This document shows, piece after piece, positions 59,758 to 59,784 of a stretch of DNA of 59,784 bases (positions are counted from its first letter, which is position 1; each line of letters opens with the position of its first letter). The notes below the pieces were generated by a model, which was not told the origin of the DNA, ran no database searches, and saw only the letters and a program-made list of their open reading frames with translations. Source of the stretch: an uncultured Alphaproteobacteria bacterium (GTDB lineage: Bacteria; Pseudomonadota; Alphaproteobacteria; Caedimonadales; UBA9215); assembly GCA_963974885.1 (NCBI GenBank), contig CAXBEY010000002.1, positions 1 to 59,784 on the forward strand, written 5' to 3'. The position numbers and the translations under genes are program-made.

Positions 59758-59784
59758 TGGCACAAAAAAAGCCCCGAGCCTTTA

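Overview
This 59.8-kb window comes from an alphaproteobacterium. By inference it is an obligate-intracellular or protist-associated lineage (Rickettsiales- or Holosporales-like). The basis is a Tlc-type ATP/ADP translocase, an alpha-Mic60 (mitofilin-like) gene inside the hemC-hemD-hemY cluster, the DUF1476 zeta inhibitor of F1Fo-ATPase, System I cytochrome c maturation genes (ccmCDEF) and a complete mitochondrial-type ISC Fe-S machinery. Most of the window is tightly packed core metabolism. It holds an 11-gene minus-strand run (iscR, nifS-like, iscS, iscU, iscA, hscB, hscA, fdx, iscX, rsm22-like, mnmA). It also holds trhO, hemC/hemD, tsaD, gpsA, the transhydrogenase genes pntAA/pntAB/pntB, the 2-oxoglutarate dehydrogenase operon sucA-sucB-lpdA, bolA-grxD, prs, an amino-acid ABC importer and two tRNAs (initiator-like Met, Ala-GGC). 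The accessory content falls into three groups. (1) A 5.2-kb AT-rich segment (about 20.37-25.55 kb) encodes a hybrid histidine kinase, an atypical response regulator and an Hpt protein. It is bracketed by two diverged copies of the pntB 3' end that differ only at synonymous sites, which looks like an integration scar. (2) A 1988-aa secreted CdiA/FhaB-like giant protein lies next to tRNA-Ala. Its C-terminal nuclease-toxin-like tip appears to stop just before the expected catalytic His pair, at the window edge. (3) Several patches encode small, AT-rich, signal-peptide-bearing proteins of unknown function. I saw no CRISPR array, rRNA, transposase or integrase. All functional calls come from motif recognition by eye and synteny; no database search was run.
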